From assembly GCA_963762445.1 (NCBI GenBank), contig CAVXLA010000004.1, positions 358,794-422,793 of the forward strand: a stretch of 64,000 bases of DNA, given 5' to 3'. Positions 41,815 to 52,000 of this stretch are shown piece by piece (position 1 is the stretch's first letter; every line of letters starts with the position of its first letter). A program made the translations under genes and the position numbers. The notes under the pieces are model-generated. The model was not told the DNA's origin, searched no databases, and saw only the letters and a program-made list of their open reading frames with translations. Source of the stretch: an uncultured Chloroflexia bacterium. GTDB lineage: Bacteria > Chloroflexota > Limnocylindria > Limnocylindrales > CSP1-4.

Positions 41815-43224
41815 ATGACGACCGAGCCCACGATCGCTGCGCCGCTCGATGACCTGCGGGCGCCGCTCCCCTCGTCGCTGCCCGAGGTGCGGCGGGAGGC
41901 CGTCATGCCGGCGGGCTTCGCCGCCGGCGCGACGACCTGCGGCATCAAGGCCAGCGGCCGCCCGGACGTGGCCCTGATCCGGGCCACGGCGACCCCGGCG
42001 GCGGCCGCGGCCGTCTTCACCACGAACCAGGTCGCGGCGGCCCCCGTCCAGGCCTCCCGGGCGAACCTGGCCGCCACCCGGCCGGAGGGCCTCGGCGGCT
42101 CCGCCGACCACTTCGGCCGGGCCGCGGCCATCGTCGCCACGAGCGGCTCCGCCAACGCCGCCACCGGCCCCGCCGGCCTGGCCGACCAGGCGGCCATCGC
42201 CGGGGTGGTCGCGCTCCACCTCGGGGTGGATCCGGTGACGGTCCTCAGCCTCTCGACGGGGGTGATCGGGACCCGCCTCCCCGTGGAGAAGGTGGCCGCC
42301 GGCATCGCGAGCCTCGCCGCCGGCGGCCTCGCGGCAACCGACGACGGCCTCCTGGCGGCCGCCGAGGCGCTCCGGACCACCGACTCGGTGACGAAGACGG
42401 CCGCGACACGCGTCGAGCTTCCCGGCCCCGACGGGACGGCGACGACGGTCACCGTCGCGGGGATCGCCAAGGGGGTCGGGATGATCCACCCGCGGATGGC
42501 GACGATGCTCGCGGTGGTCCTGACGGACGCGGCGGTGGATCCCGCGACGCTCCACGGGCTCCTCCGCGGCGCGACCGTGCGGACGTGGAACCAGCTCTCC
42601 GTGGACGGCGACACGAGCACGAACGACACCGTCTTCCTGCTGGCCTCGGGCGCGTCCGCCGCGGCGCCGGTCCTCCCCGGCACCGCCGGGGCGGCAACGC
42701 TCGGCGCCGCGATCGAGGCCGTGGCCCGCTCGCTTGCCCGCCAGCAGGCGGCGGACGGCGAGGGCGCCACGACCCTCCTCACCTGCCAGGTCTCGGGCGC
42801 CCGCGATGACGTGGACGCGCGCGCCGTTGCCCGCGCGGTCATCTCGAGCAGCCTCGTGAAGGCCGCCGCCCACGGCCGCGATCCGAACTGGGGCCGCCTC
42901 GCCGGCGCGGCCGGGAACGCCCGCCTCGGCGAGGCGCGCCTGCTGGAGATGGCAGGGCTCGCCCCCGCCGACGCGCGCGCCCGGGCCGGCGCGGCCGCGC
43001 TCGTGGACCCCGGCCGGCTGCGGATCGCGATCGCCGGCCAGCTCGTCTACGACGGGCCTGCCGGCGGACCGGCCCTCTTCGACCGGGCGGCGACCAGGGC
43101 GGCGATGGCCGGCCCGGAGATCCTGGTCCGCCTCGACCTCGGCCTGGGCGGGGGAACCGGCGAGGCCTTCGGCTGCGACCTCACCGAGGCGTACGTGATC
43201 GAGAACGCGGAGTACACGACGTGA
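41815..43224 (+). CDS. argJ: Bifunctional glutamate N-acetyltransferase / amino-acid acetyltransferase.
   Basis: ArgJ-family similarity including the autoproteolytic ATML site (PRMATMLAVVLTD). Confidence 0.88.
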   Translation: MTTEPTIAAPLDDLRAPLPSSLPEVRREAVMPAGFAAGATTCGIKASGRPDVALIRATATPAAAAAVFTTNQVAAAPVQASRANLAATRPEGLGGSADHFGRAAAIVATSGSANAATGPAGLADQAAIAGVVALHLGVDPVTVLSLSTGVIGTRLPVEKVAAGIASLAAGGLAATDDGLLAAAEALRTTDSVTKTAATRVELPGPDGTATTVTVAGIAKGVGMIHPRMATMLAVVLTDAAVDPATLHGLLRGATVRTWNQLSVDGDTSTNDTVFLLASGASAAAPVLPGTAGAATLGAAIEAVARSLARQQAADGEGATTLLTCQVSGARDDVDARAVARAVISSSLVKAAAHGRDPNWGRLAGAAGNARLGEARLLEMAGLAPADARARAGAAALVDPGRLRIAIAGQLVYDGPAGGPALFDRAATRAAMAGPEILVRLDLGLGGGTGEAFGCDLTEAYVIENAEYTT

Positions 43225-44009
43225 GCGAGATCCTCGTCCTCAAGCTGGGCGGGACGACCCTCGCCGACCAGCAGCAGGTGCTGGCCGAGGTGGCCGTTGT
43301 CGCCCGACGACGGCCGGTGGTCGTCGTCCACGGCGGCGGCCGGCGGATGACGGAGTGGCTCGACCGGCTGGGCGTCCCGACGCGCTTCGAGGGCGGCCTG
43401 CGCGTCACCGACGCCCAGGCCCTCGAGGTCGCGGCCGCGGTCCTGCGGGGCGTCGTCAACTCCGAGCTGGTCGCCGCGCTCCGCGACCTGCGGGTCGACG
43501 CGGTGGGCCTCTCGGGCGTCGATGGCGGGCTGCTCATCGGGGAGCGGGTGCCGGGCATGGGCCTCGTCGCGCACGTGGTCGGCATCAAGCGCGACCTGCT
43601 CGACGCCGTGCTCGTCGGTGGGCAGGTGCCGGTGGTGGCGCCCCTCGCCCGCGACGAAGGCGGCGTCGTCTGCAACGTCAACGCCGACGACGCGGCGGCG
43701 GGTCTCGCCGCCGGCCTGGGCGCCCGCCAGCTGGTGCTGATGACCGACGTCGATGGCATCCGGGGGGCCGACGGGGCGAAGATCGCGTCACTGACCGCCG
43801 CCGAGGCCGAGACGCTGATCGGGCTGGGCACCATCTCGGGCGGCATGGTCCCCAAGATCCGGGCGGCGCTTGCGGGGATCACCGGGCCCGGGGCCGAGGC
43901 CGTCATCTGCGACGCCGCCTCGCTGGACGCGCTGGCGCGGGCCCTCGACGACCCGGCCTTCGGGACGCGGATCACGGCGGCCGACGGCGGTGGCGGGACG
44001 CGCCCGTGA
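43221..44009 (+). CDS. argB: Acetylglutamate kinase.
   Basis: Amino-acid-kinase motifs (LVLKLGGT...VVVHGGG...NVNADDAA). GTGA overlap with argJ. Confidence 0.88.
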   Translation: MSEILVLKLGGTTLADQQQVLAEVAVVARRRPVVVVHGGGRRMTEWLDRLGVPTRFEGGLRVTDAQALEVAAAVLRGVVNSELVAALRDLRVDAVGLSGVDGGLLIGERVPGMGLVAHVVGIKRDLLDAVLVGGQVPVVAPLARDEGGVVCNVNADDAAAGLAAGLGARQLVLMTDVDGIRGADGAKIASLTAAEAETLIGLGTISGGMVPKIRAALAGITGPGAEAVICDAASLDALARALDDPAFGTRITAADGGGGTRP

Positions 44010-44554
44010 GCCCCGCCGTCGCCGCCCGCCGGCAGGCGATCCTCGACCTCGTCGCCAGCCGGGCGATCGGGAGCCAGGAGGAGCTCGCCGGGCTCCTCCG
44101 CGAGCGGGGCTTCCCGGTCACCCAGGCTACCGTCAGCCGCGACGTCGCCGACCTCGGCCTCGTGAAGGCGCCCCGCGGCGATCACCACGCCTACGTCACG
44201 CCGGCCGCGCTGGCCTCGGGGGCGGCGCCAGCGCCCGACCGGGGTACGCCCGACCGGGGTGCGCCGGACGAGGCGCGCCTGCAGCGCATCCTCGCCGACT
44301 ACCCGGTCACGATCGGCCGCAGCGGGCTGACCCTCGTCATCGTGAGCCGACCCGGTGCCGCGTCCGCCATCGCCCAGGCGATTGACGAGTCGGGCCTCGA
44401 GGACCAGGTCGGGACGCTGGCCGGCGACAACACGCTCCTGGTCCTCTTCGCCGACGAGCCCGCCCTCGAGCGCTGGCGGGCCCGCTTCGCGTCACTCGCA
44501 GCCCAGGCGGCCGCCGGCCAGCCCGGGACCGACCTCACCAACACGTACCCCTGA
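44006..44554 (+). CDS. argR: Arginine repressor.
   Basis: Winged-helix N-terminus (SQEELAGLLRERGFPVTQATVSRDVADLGLVK) and a C-terminal oligomerisation/arginine-binding domain. GTGA overlap with argB. Confidence 0.85.
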   Translation: MSPAVAARRQAILDLVASRAIGSQEELAGLLRERGFPVTQATVSRDVADLGLVKAPRGDHHAYVTPAALASGAAPAPDRGTPDRGAPDEARLQRILADYPVTIGRSGLTLVIVSRPGAASAIAQAIDESGLEDQVGTLAGDNTLLVLFADEPALERWRARFASLAAQAAAGQPGTDLTNTYP

Positions 44555-44578
44555 GCCCGGAACGGAGGCATCGCAGCC

Positions 44579-45868
44579 ATGAAGAAGGTCGTCCTCGCCT
44601 ACTCCGGCGGTCTCGACACCTCGGTCGCCGTCGCCTGGCTGCGCGAGCAGCACGACGCGGAGGTCGTGACCCTCACCGTCGACGTCGGCGGCACCTCCCT
44701 GCGCGAGGGCGTCGAGCGCCGGGCGATGTCGGCCGGGGCCAGCCGCGCCTACGTCGTCGACGCGAAGGAGACCTTCGTCCGCGACTTCTGCTGGCCGGCC
44801 CTCCAGGCGAACGCCATGTACCAGGGAGCCTACCCCCTGGCCACGGCGCTGGCCCGGCCCCTCATCGCCCAGCTGCTCGTCGAGGTGGCCCAGCGGGAGG
44901 GCGCCGACGCCGTGGCCCACGGCTGCACCGGCAAGGGCAACGACCAGGTCCGCTTCGACGTCGCCGTCCACGCCCTCGACCCGGGCCTGAAGGTCATCGC
45001 CCCGATGCGCGCCGGGATGGGCCTGACCCGCGATCAGTCGATCGACTACGCGAACGCCCGGGGCATCGAGATCCCGATCACCAAGGCGTCGCCCTACTCC
45101 ATCGACGTCAACATGTGGGGCCGCTCGTGCGAGACGGGCGTCCTGGAGGACCCCTGGGTCGCCCCGCCGGCCGACGCCTTCGCCTGGACGGTCGACCCCG
45201 CCGCGGCGCCGCCCGCGGTCGAGATCGTCATCGGGTTCGAGGGCGGGATCCCGGTCTCCCTCGACGGCGAGCGCCTTGGCCCGGTCGTCCTCGTCGAGCG
45301 CCTCAACGCCCTCGGCGGCGCCCACGGCGTCGGGCGGATCGACCACGTCGAAGACCGCCTGGTCGGCATCAAGAGCCGCGAGATCTACGAGGCCCCGGCC
45401 GCGGCCATCCTTCACGCGGCGCACGGCGCGCTCGAGGGGCTCGTCCTCTCCAAGGACACGCTGCGCTTCAACCGCCTGGTCGCGAGCGAGATCGCCCAGC
45501 TCACCTACGACGGCCTCTGGTTCAGCGCCCTCCACCGCGACCTGCGGGGCTACGTCGCGAGCTCCGACCGGACGGTCTCCGGCGAGGTCCGGGTCCGCCT
45601 CGACCACGGCTCGGCGACGGCAAACGGGCGGCGCTCGCCGCTCTCGCTGTACGACAAGAACCTCGCGACCTACGACGAGGGCGACGCATTCGACCACGCC
45701 AGCGCGGTGGGCTTCATCGAGATCTTCGGCCTGCCCCTGCGGGTCGAGGCCGCCCGCCACGGCGCCGTCGGCGCGCACCACGGGGCCGCCTGGACGTGGA
45801 CGCTGCCGCTCCTGCCCGACCTCCCCTCGACGGTCACCGACCGCGAGACCGCCGGGTCCGCCTCCTGA
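44579..45868 (+). CDS. argG: Argininosuccinate synthase.
   Basis: AYSGGLDTS PP-loop and full-length ArgG similarity. Confidence 0.92.
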   Translation: MKKVVLAYSGGLDTSVAVAWLREQHDAEVVTLTVDVGGTSLREGVERRAMSAGASRAYVVDAKETFVRDFCWPALQANAMYQGAYPLATALARPLIAQLLVEVAQREGADAVAHGCTGKGNDQVRFDVAVHALDPGLKVIAPMRAGMGLTRDQSIDYANARGIEIPITKASPYSIDVNMWGRSCETGVLEDPWVAPPADAFAWTVDPAAAPPAVEIVIGFEGGIPVSLDGERLGPVVLVERLNALGGAHGVGRIDHVEDRLVGIKSREIYEAPAAAILHAAHGALEGLVLSKDTLRFNRLVASEIAQLTYDGLWFSALHRDLRGYVASSDRTVSGEVRVRLDHGSATANGRRSPLSLYDKNLATYDEGDAFDHASAVGFIEIFGLPLRVEAARHGAVGAHHGAAWTWTLPLLPDLPSTVTDRETAGSAS

Positions 45869-45969
45869 GCACGCCAGGAGGGCCCGCCGGCGGCGGCGGA
45901 CCCCCGCCGGGCCGCGAGCCCTCGATCGATCGTGAACGTCCGCCGGGCGTTCGCGCGACAATCTCCCCG

Positions 45970-47325
45970 ATGGCCGAGCCGCGCCGCATCCCGCCTCCCC
46001 GCACAGCCCGCGTCCGGCGGCCGGTCGCGCCGCTGACCGCCGAGGACCGCGTCGAGCGGCTGGCGGCCGAGGCCGCCTACCTCACGCCCGAGACGGACAC
46101 GCTGCGCACGCTCCGCGAGCTCTCCTTCCTGCACGAGCTCGCCCAGCTCGCCACCCAGGCCCGCGACTGGGACGAGCTGATGCAGACCATCGTGGACCGG
46201 ACGAGGGAGGCGCTCCACGTCGAGGTCTGCTCGTTCTACCTCCTGGACCACGCCACCGACCGGCTGACCCTGGCGGCCACGAACGGCCTCGACCAGGAGC
46301 ACATCGGCAGGGTGAGCCTCGCCCTCGGCGAGGGCATCACCGGTGCGGCCGCCGCCGCCCGCCGGCCGATCGAGGTCCCCGACGTGCGGCTCGACCCGCG
46401 CTTCAAGTACCTGCGCGGCTTCGACCTGGCCGGGCTCACCACGATGCTCTCGGTGCCGCTGACCTGGAACGACCTCGTCGTCGGCGTCCTCAACGTCCAG
46501 ACCGTGGAGACGCGCCGGTTCACGCCGCGGGAGATCACCCTCCTCGTGACGATCGCGGCCCTGCTGGCCGGGATCATCGAGAAGGGCCACCTCCAGCGCG
46601 AGCAGGAGCGCCAGCTCGAGACGCTCCAGCAGCTCGACGAGGCCCGGGCCGAGCTGCTCTCCCTGGTGACCCACGAGCTGCGGACGCCGCTGTCGGTGGT
46701 CCGGGCCTACATCGACCTCCTCGCGGATGCGGCCGACGGGGGCAGCGAGGCGCCGGCACGGGCCAGCACGGACGACTGGCGCAACGCGGCGATCGACCAG
46801 ATCACGCGGCTCGACCGCCTCGTCGACTCGATCCTGGTCTCGGTGCGCGGCGAAGGGCTGGTCGCCCTCGCCCGGTCGCCCTTCGACGTGGGCGTGGCCA
46901 CCGGCGAGACCATCGACCTGCTGCGGCCGCTCCTGCGGAATCACCGGCTCCGCTGGGACCACCCCGACGAGCCGCTGGTCGGCGTGGGCGACGAGGCGCG
47001 CTTCCGCCAGGTCATGGAGCTGCTCCTCGAGAACGAGGCGAAGTACGCCCCCCGCGGCCTCGGCGTCTCGGTGGGCGCCTGGGGCCAGGCGGGCGAGGTC
47101 CGCGTCTACGTGACCGACGACGGGCCGGGCCTCCCGCCGGAGGAGTGGGAGACGGTCTTCGAGGCGTTCGTCCGCAAGGCCCGCCGGCGCGGCCGCGGCT
47201 CGGGGATCGGCCTCTACGCGGCCCGGCGCCTGCTCGACGCGATGGGCGGCCGGGTCTGGATCGAGGGCAACGGGTACGGCGGGAGCCGGTTCGTCGTCGC
47301 CCTCCCGGCGGCCGACGGGCGCTGA
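45970..47325 (+). CDS. Cytoplasmic GAF-domain sensor histidine kinase.
   Basis: GAF domain, the HisKA H-box (LVTHELRTPL), and HATPase N/G boxes (ENEAKYAP; DDGPGLP; GSGIGLY). No TM segment. Confidence 0.85.
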   Translation: MAEPRRIPPPRTARVRRPVAPLTAEDRVERLAAEAAYLTPETDTLRTLRELSFLHELAQLATQARDWDELMQTIVDRTREALHVEVCSFYLLDHATDRLTLAATNGLDQEHIGRVSLALGEGITGAAAAARRPIEVPDVRLDPRFKYLRGFDLAGLTTMLSVPLTWNDLVVGVLNVQTVETRRFTPREITLLVTIAALLAGIIEKGHLQREQERQLETLQQLDEARAELLSLVTHELRTPLSVVRAYIDLLADAADGGSEAPARASTDDWRNAAIDQITRLDRLVDSILVSVRGEGLVALARSPFDVGVATGETIDLLRPLLRNHRLRWDHPDEPLVGVGDEARFRQVMELLLENEAKYAPRGLGVSVGAWGQAGEVRVYVTDDGPGLPPEEWETVFEAFVRKARRRGRGSGIGLYAARRLLDAMGGRVWIEGNGYGGSRFVVALPAADGR

Positions 47326-47350
47326 CATTCGGGTTGGAGGTGCGAGCGCG

Positions 47351-48052
47351 ATGACCCTGCCCAAGGCGTCAGACGGCCTGCGAATCCTCGTCGTCGACGA
47401 CGAGCCGGCCATGGTCGGCGCGGTCACGGCCCTGGTGGGCACCGCCGGCCACCAGGTGATCACGGCCTACGACGGCGACACCGCGCTGCGCCGGTTCGAG
47501 GAGGAGGCGCCCGACCTCGTCCTCCTCGACCTCGCGATGCCCGGCCGCGACGGCGTCGACGTCTGCCGCGAGATCCGGAAGACGAGCCGGACGCCGATCA
47601 TCGTGCTGACCGGGGAAGCCGACGAGCTGGCCAAGGTCGAGGCGCTCGACGCGGGCGCCGACGACTACGTGACGAAGCCGTTCGGCAGGCAGGAGCTCCT
47701 GGCCCGGATCCGCGCGGTCATGCGCCGCCTCGAGGGCGAGGCGCCCGCCGGCGGCCTCCGCGTGGGCGCGCTCACCCTCGACACCGGGCGCTACGAGGCG
47801 TCGGTGGGCGGCGTGATGCTGGCCCTGACGCGCACGGAGTTCGCGCTCCTCGCCTCCCTGGCAGCAGCCCGCGGGCGGGTCGTCCCCCACGATCGGCTCC
47901 TCGCGGCCGGCTGGCCGAGCGACCCCGATCCCGACCCGCAGTGGCTCAAGCCGCACCTGGCCCGGCTCCGGGCCAAGCTCGAGGAGGCGGGGGCCCCGCT
48001 GCCGACCTCCGTGCGGGGCGTCGGCTACCGGCTGGAGGCGTCGGGAGAGTAG
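47351..48052 (+). CDS. OmpR-family response regulator.
   Basis: Receiver domain (ILVVDDEP...LLDLAMPGRDG...KP) and a winged-helix C-terminus (RTEFALLASLAAARGRVV...GVGYRL). Confidence 0.88.
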   Translation: MTLPKASDGLRILVVDDEPAMVGAVTALVGTAGHQVITAYDGDTALRRFEEEAPDLVLLDLAMPGRDGVDVCREIRKTSRTPIIVLTGEADELAKVEALDAGADDYVTKPFGRQELLARIRAVMRRLEGEAPAGGLRVGALTLDTGRYEASVGGVMLALTRTEFALLASLAAARGRVVPHDRLLAAGWPSDPDPDPQWLKPHLARLRAKLEEAGAPLPTSVRGVGYRLEASGE

Positions 48053-48092
48053 CGGGCGCCGGGAGCTGCGTCGCCCCCGGGAGTGCCGCGGA

Positions 48093-48986
48093 TCAGGGCC
48101 CCGCGAGCTCGGCCGCGATGGCGGCGACGTGGGCGGCCGTCGTGCCGCAGCAGCCGCCGACGATCACTGCCCCCAGCTCAACGGCGCGCCGGGCGTAGGC
48201 CGCGGCATCCGCCGGGGTCGCGGGGTAGGCCACCGACCCGTCCGAGCCGACGAGCGGCAGGCCCGCGTTCGCCTTGGCGACGAGCGGCATGGTCGGCGCC
48301 CCCGCGGCGAGCCCGGGCAGCACCGCGAGGACGGCGTCGAACCCGGCGCCGCAGTTGGCGCCGATCGCCGCGACCCCGAGGTCGGCGAGCGCCGCCGCGG
48401 CGTCCTCGGGGCGATCGCCGAAGAGGGTCCGGCCGCGCTCGAAGGTGAGCGTGGCGACGACGGGCAGGCCGGGTGCCGCATCCCGGGCGCCCTCGACGGC
48501 GGCCCGCGCCTCGGCGAGGTCGGCCATCGTCTCCACCCACAGGACGTCGACGCCCGCGGCGGCGAGGGCAGCGGCCTGCTCGGCGAACGCCGCCCGGGCG
48601 GCCGCCGGCTCGAGGTCGCCATACGGGGCGAGCAAGGCGCCGGTGGGCCCGAGGTCGCCGGCCACCAGCACGTCCGGCGGCACGGCGGCGCGGGCGATGG
48701 CGACCGCCGCGCGACAGACGTCGGCCGTCCGGCCGGCGGCCAGGCCGTCGGCCAGGCGCACGGGGCTCGCCCCGAAGGTCGCGGTGAGGACGATCCGGGC
48801 GCCCGCGGCGGCATGGCCGGCGTGGACGGCGGCCGCGGCAGCCGCGCCGTCCGGGGTGAGCAGCCACGCCTCGGGCGCCATCCCGGCCGGCAGGCCACGC
48901 CCGATGAGCGCGCTGCCCATGGCGCCGTCGGCCGTCAGCGGGCGACCGGCGGCGAGCGCGTCCACGAAGCGAGAGGGCCTGGACAT
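48093..48986 (-). CDS. Homocysteine S-methyltransferase-domain protein (MmuM / MetH N-terminal-like).
   Basis: Pfam S-methyl_trans-like sequence with the C-terminal zinc-site motif GGCCGTT. The ATG at 48984-48986 was confirmed. The ORF upstream of it is low complexity. Confidence 0.7.
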   Translation of the reverse strand: MSRPSRFVDALAAGRPLTADGAMGSALIGRGLPAGMAPEAWLLTPDGAAAAAAVHAGHAAAGARIVLTATFGASPVRLADGLAAGRTADVCRAAVAIARAAVPPDVLVAGDLGPTGALLAPYGDLEPAAARAAFAEQAAALAAAGVDVLWVETMADLAEARAAVEGARDAAPGLPVVATLTFERGRTLFGDRPEDAAAALADLGVAAIGANCGAGFDAVLAVLPGLAAGAPTMPLVAKANAGLPLVGSDGSVAYPATPADAAAYARRAVELGAVIVGGCCGTTAAHVAAIAAELAGP

Positions 48987-49017
48987 GGGGGGAGTATCGC
49001 CGGTCGCGTCGGTCGCG

Positions 49018-52000
49018 TCAGGCGCGCGCCTCGGCCGGCCGGACACCGATCGGCTCCACCAGCCAGAAGGCGGCGATCTCCGTCTCCCACCGGGCCAGGA
49101 GCGTCGCCGCGAGACCACTTCCCTCGGCGGCGTGGGCGGCGACCAGGGCCCGCACCTCGGCCTCGCGCTCGGCTGCATCGTCACGGGGCCCGTCGCCGGC
49201 GCCGGGGCGGCGCTCGCCGGCGGGGCACGGCTCGGCGGGCCGCGGCCCGCCGCCGATCCCGTGGGCCCGCAGCGCCCTGGCCCGTACGCTTGCCGCGTTG
49301 ATCCGGTGGGCGACGCGCCCGTCCGGGTCGTAGAGGTACGCCCGGCCACCGGTCATGCCGGCCCCGAAGTTGCGCCCGGTCGGGCCGAGGACCACCACGA
49401 CCCCACCCGTCATGTACTCGCAGCCGTGGGCCCCGATCCCCTCGACGACCGCCGTCGCGCCGGAGTTGCGGACCGCGAAGCGCATCCCCGCCCGCCCGAC
49501 GAGGTGGAGACGCCCACCTGTCGCCCCGTACAGGCACGTGTTCCCGGCGATCGCCTCGCGCTCGGCCAGGAAACCGGCGGTCGCTGGCGGTCGAACGACG
49601 ACGATGCCGCCCGAGAGCCCCTTCGCCACGTAGTCGTTGGCGAGGCCATCCAGGCAGATCCGGACGCCGTCCGTGGCGAAGGCCCCCAGGCTCTGGCCGG
49701 CGACGCCCGTGGCCCGCAGGTCGACGACGATCGGGGCGACCCCGTCGCCCGCATCGCGTGCCGGGCGACCCGTCCGATCCCGGGCCCGCTCGAGGTCGCC
49801 GGAGATCCGGGCGCCGACCGCCCGCTCCCCGGTCGTGAGGGCTGCCGACAGGACGACCCGGGGCGGCCGGTCGGGCCCGGCGAGCACCGCCATCGTCGGG
49901 GCCAAGGCCCCCGCGAGACGGGCGTCGACGGGACTCGCGACCGGCGCCTCGGCGATGCGTCCGCGCGCCTTCGGGCTCTGCGGCGCCCGCGCGGACGGCA
50001 GGCGCCAGGCCGGCGCCCCGACCACGGCGTCGAGGTCGAGCGCCGCGGCCCCCACGGCGGCCAGGCGGTCGGTCCGCCCCACCGCCTCCGCCAGGCCCCG
50101 GAAGCCGATGGCCGCCAGCTCCCGCCGGACATCTTCGGCGAGGGCCATGAAGAAGGCGACGACCTGCTCGGGCGTCCCCGCGAACTTCGCCCGGAGGTCC
50201 GCGCGCTGGGTCGCGATGCCCGTCGGGCAGGTGTCGAGGTGGCACTGGCGGGCCATGTCGCAGCCGATCGCGACGAGGGCGGCCGTCCCGAAGCCGTACT
50301 CCTCGGCCCCGAGCAGCGCGGCGACGACGACGTCGCGCCCCGTCTGCAGCCCGCCGTCCGTGCGCAGGACGATCCGGTCGCGCAGCCCCTGCCGGACGAG
50401 CACCTGGTGGGCCTCCGCAAGGCCCAGCTCCCACGGCGCGCCGACGGACTTGATCGACGAGAGCGGGCTGGCTCCGGTGCCCCCGGCGTGGCCGGAGATG
50501 AGCACGTAGTCCGCGTGGGCCTTGGCCACGCCGGCGGCGATCGTCCCGACGCCGGCCGAGGCGACCAGCTTCACCCCGATGCGGGCCGCGGGGTTCACGG
50601 CCCGCAGGTCGGCGATGAGCTGGGCGAGGTCCTCGATCGAGTAGATGTCGTGGTGCGGCGGCGGGCTGATGTAGGTCATCCCGACCTGGCCGCGGCGCAG
50701 CGCGGCGATGAGGGGCGTCGCCTTCTTCGCCGGGAGCTGGCCGCCCTCGCCGGGTTTGCTGCCCTGGGCCATCTTGATCTCGAGCTGCTCGGCCCGGGCG
50801 AGGTAGCGGGCCGTCACGCCGAACCGCGCCGAGGCGACCTGCTTGATCGCCGACTCCGCCCGCTCGCCGTCTTCGTCGGGCTCGTACGCGGCCGGGTCCT
50901 CGCCGCCCTCGCCGGAGTTCGAGGCCGCGCCCAGGCGGCGCATCCCGATCGCGATCGTGCGGTGCGCTTCCGGCGAGAGCGCACCGAGGCTCATCGCCGA
51001 GGAGACGAAGCGGCGGACGATCTCGGGAGCCGGCTCGACGGCGGCCAGCGGCACCGGCCGGGCGCGGCGCAGGGCAAGGAGGTCGCGGACCATCGCCGGC
51101 TCGTCGCGCGCCACCGCTGCGCGGTAGGCCGCCAGCTGGTCGTCGAGCGCATCCTCCTCGACCGCCGGAGCCAGCGCGGCACCCGGGCCGACGCCGGTCG
51201 GGTGGCCGGCGGCGAGGGCCTGCGTCGCCTTCACGACCGCCGGGGCGAAGGCGTGCAGCTCGCCGTCAGCGCGGAAGCGGGCGAAGCCGGGATCGACCAG
51301 CGCCGGAGCGGCCGCGGGAGTGGGCGCCTCCAGGTACGCGGCCGCGTGGCGGGCGAGGGCCTCCGCGCCGAGCCGATCGAAGGTCGCGGCGCCGGCCGTC
51401 CGCGGCGCGGCCGGGAAGCAGCGGTCGACGACGGCCTCCGCGAGGCCGATGACGTCGAAGAGCTGGCCACCGCGGTACGAGGCCAGCGTGCTGATCCCCA
51501 TCCGGGCGAGCACCTTGCGCAGGCCGTGCTCGAGCGCGTCGAGCAGGTTCGCCTCGGCCTGTTCGGGATCGAGCTCCTCGTTCCCCCGCGAGCCGGCGAG
51601 GCCGCGCGCAACGGCGATCGCGTGCCATGGGTTGACGGCGTCGGCGCCGGCGGCGAGGAGCATCGCCACGGCGTGGACATCGAAGGCGTCGCCCGCGTCC
51701 GCGAGAAGGTCGCAGGCATCGCGCAGGCCGGCGTCCACGAACGCCGCGTTGACCGCGCCCACGGCGATGAGGCTCGGGATCGGCGCTCGACCCGGGCCTG
51801 CGTCGCGGTCGCTCACGACGAGGAGGTCCGCCCCGCGACAGGCGGCGCCGGTCGCCTCGCCCACGAGCCGGTCGAGGGCAGCCGCCAGCCCCGCCGGGCC
51901 CGCCGCGCCGTCGGCGGTCGGCCACGTCGCGTCGAGGACGACGATCCGCCAGGGCCGCGTGTCGGCAGGCCCCGCCCGGCCAAGAGCCAGGAGGGCCTCC

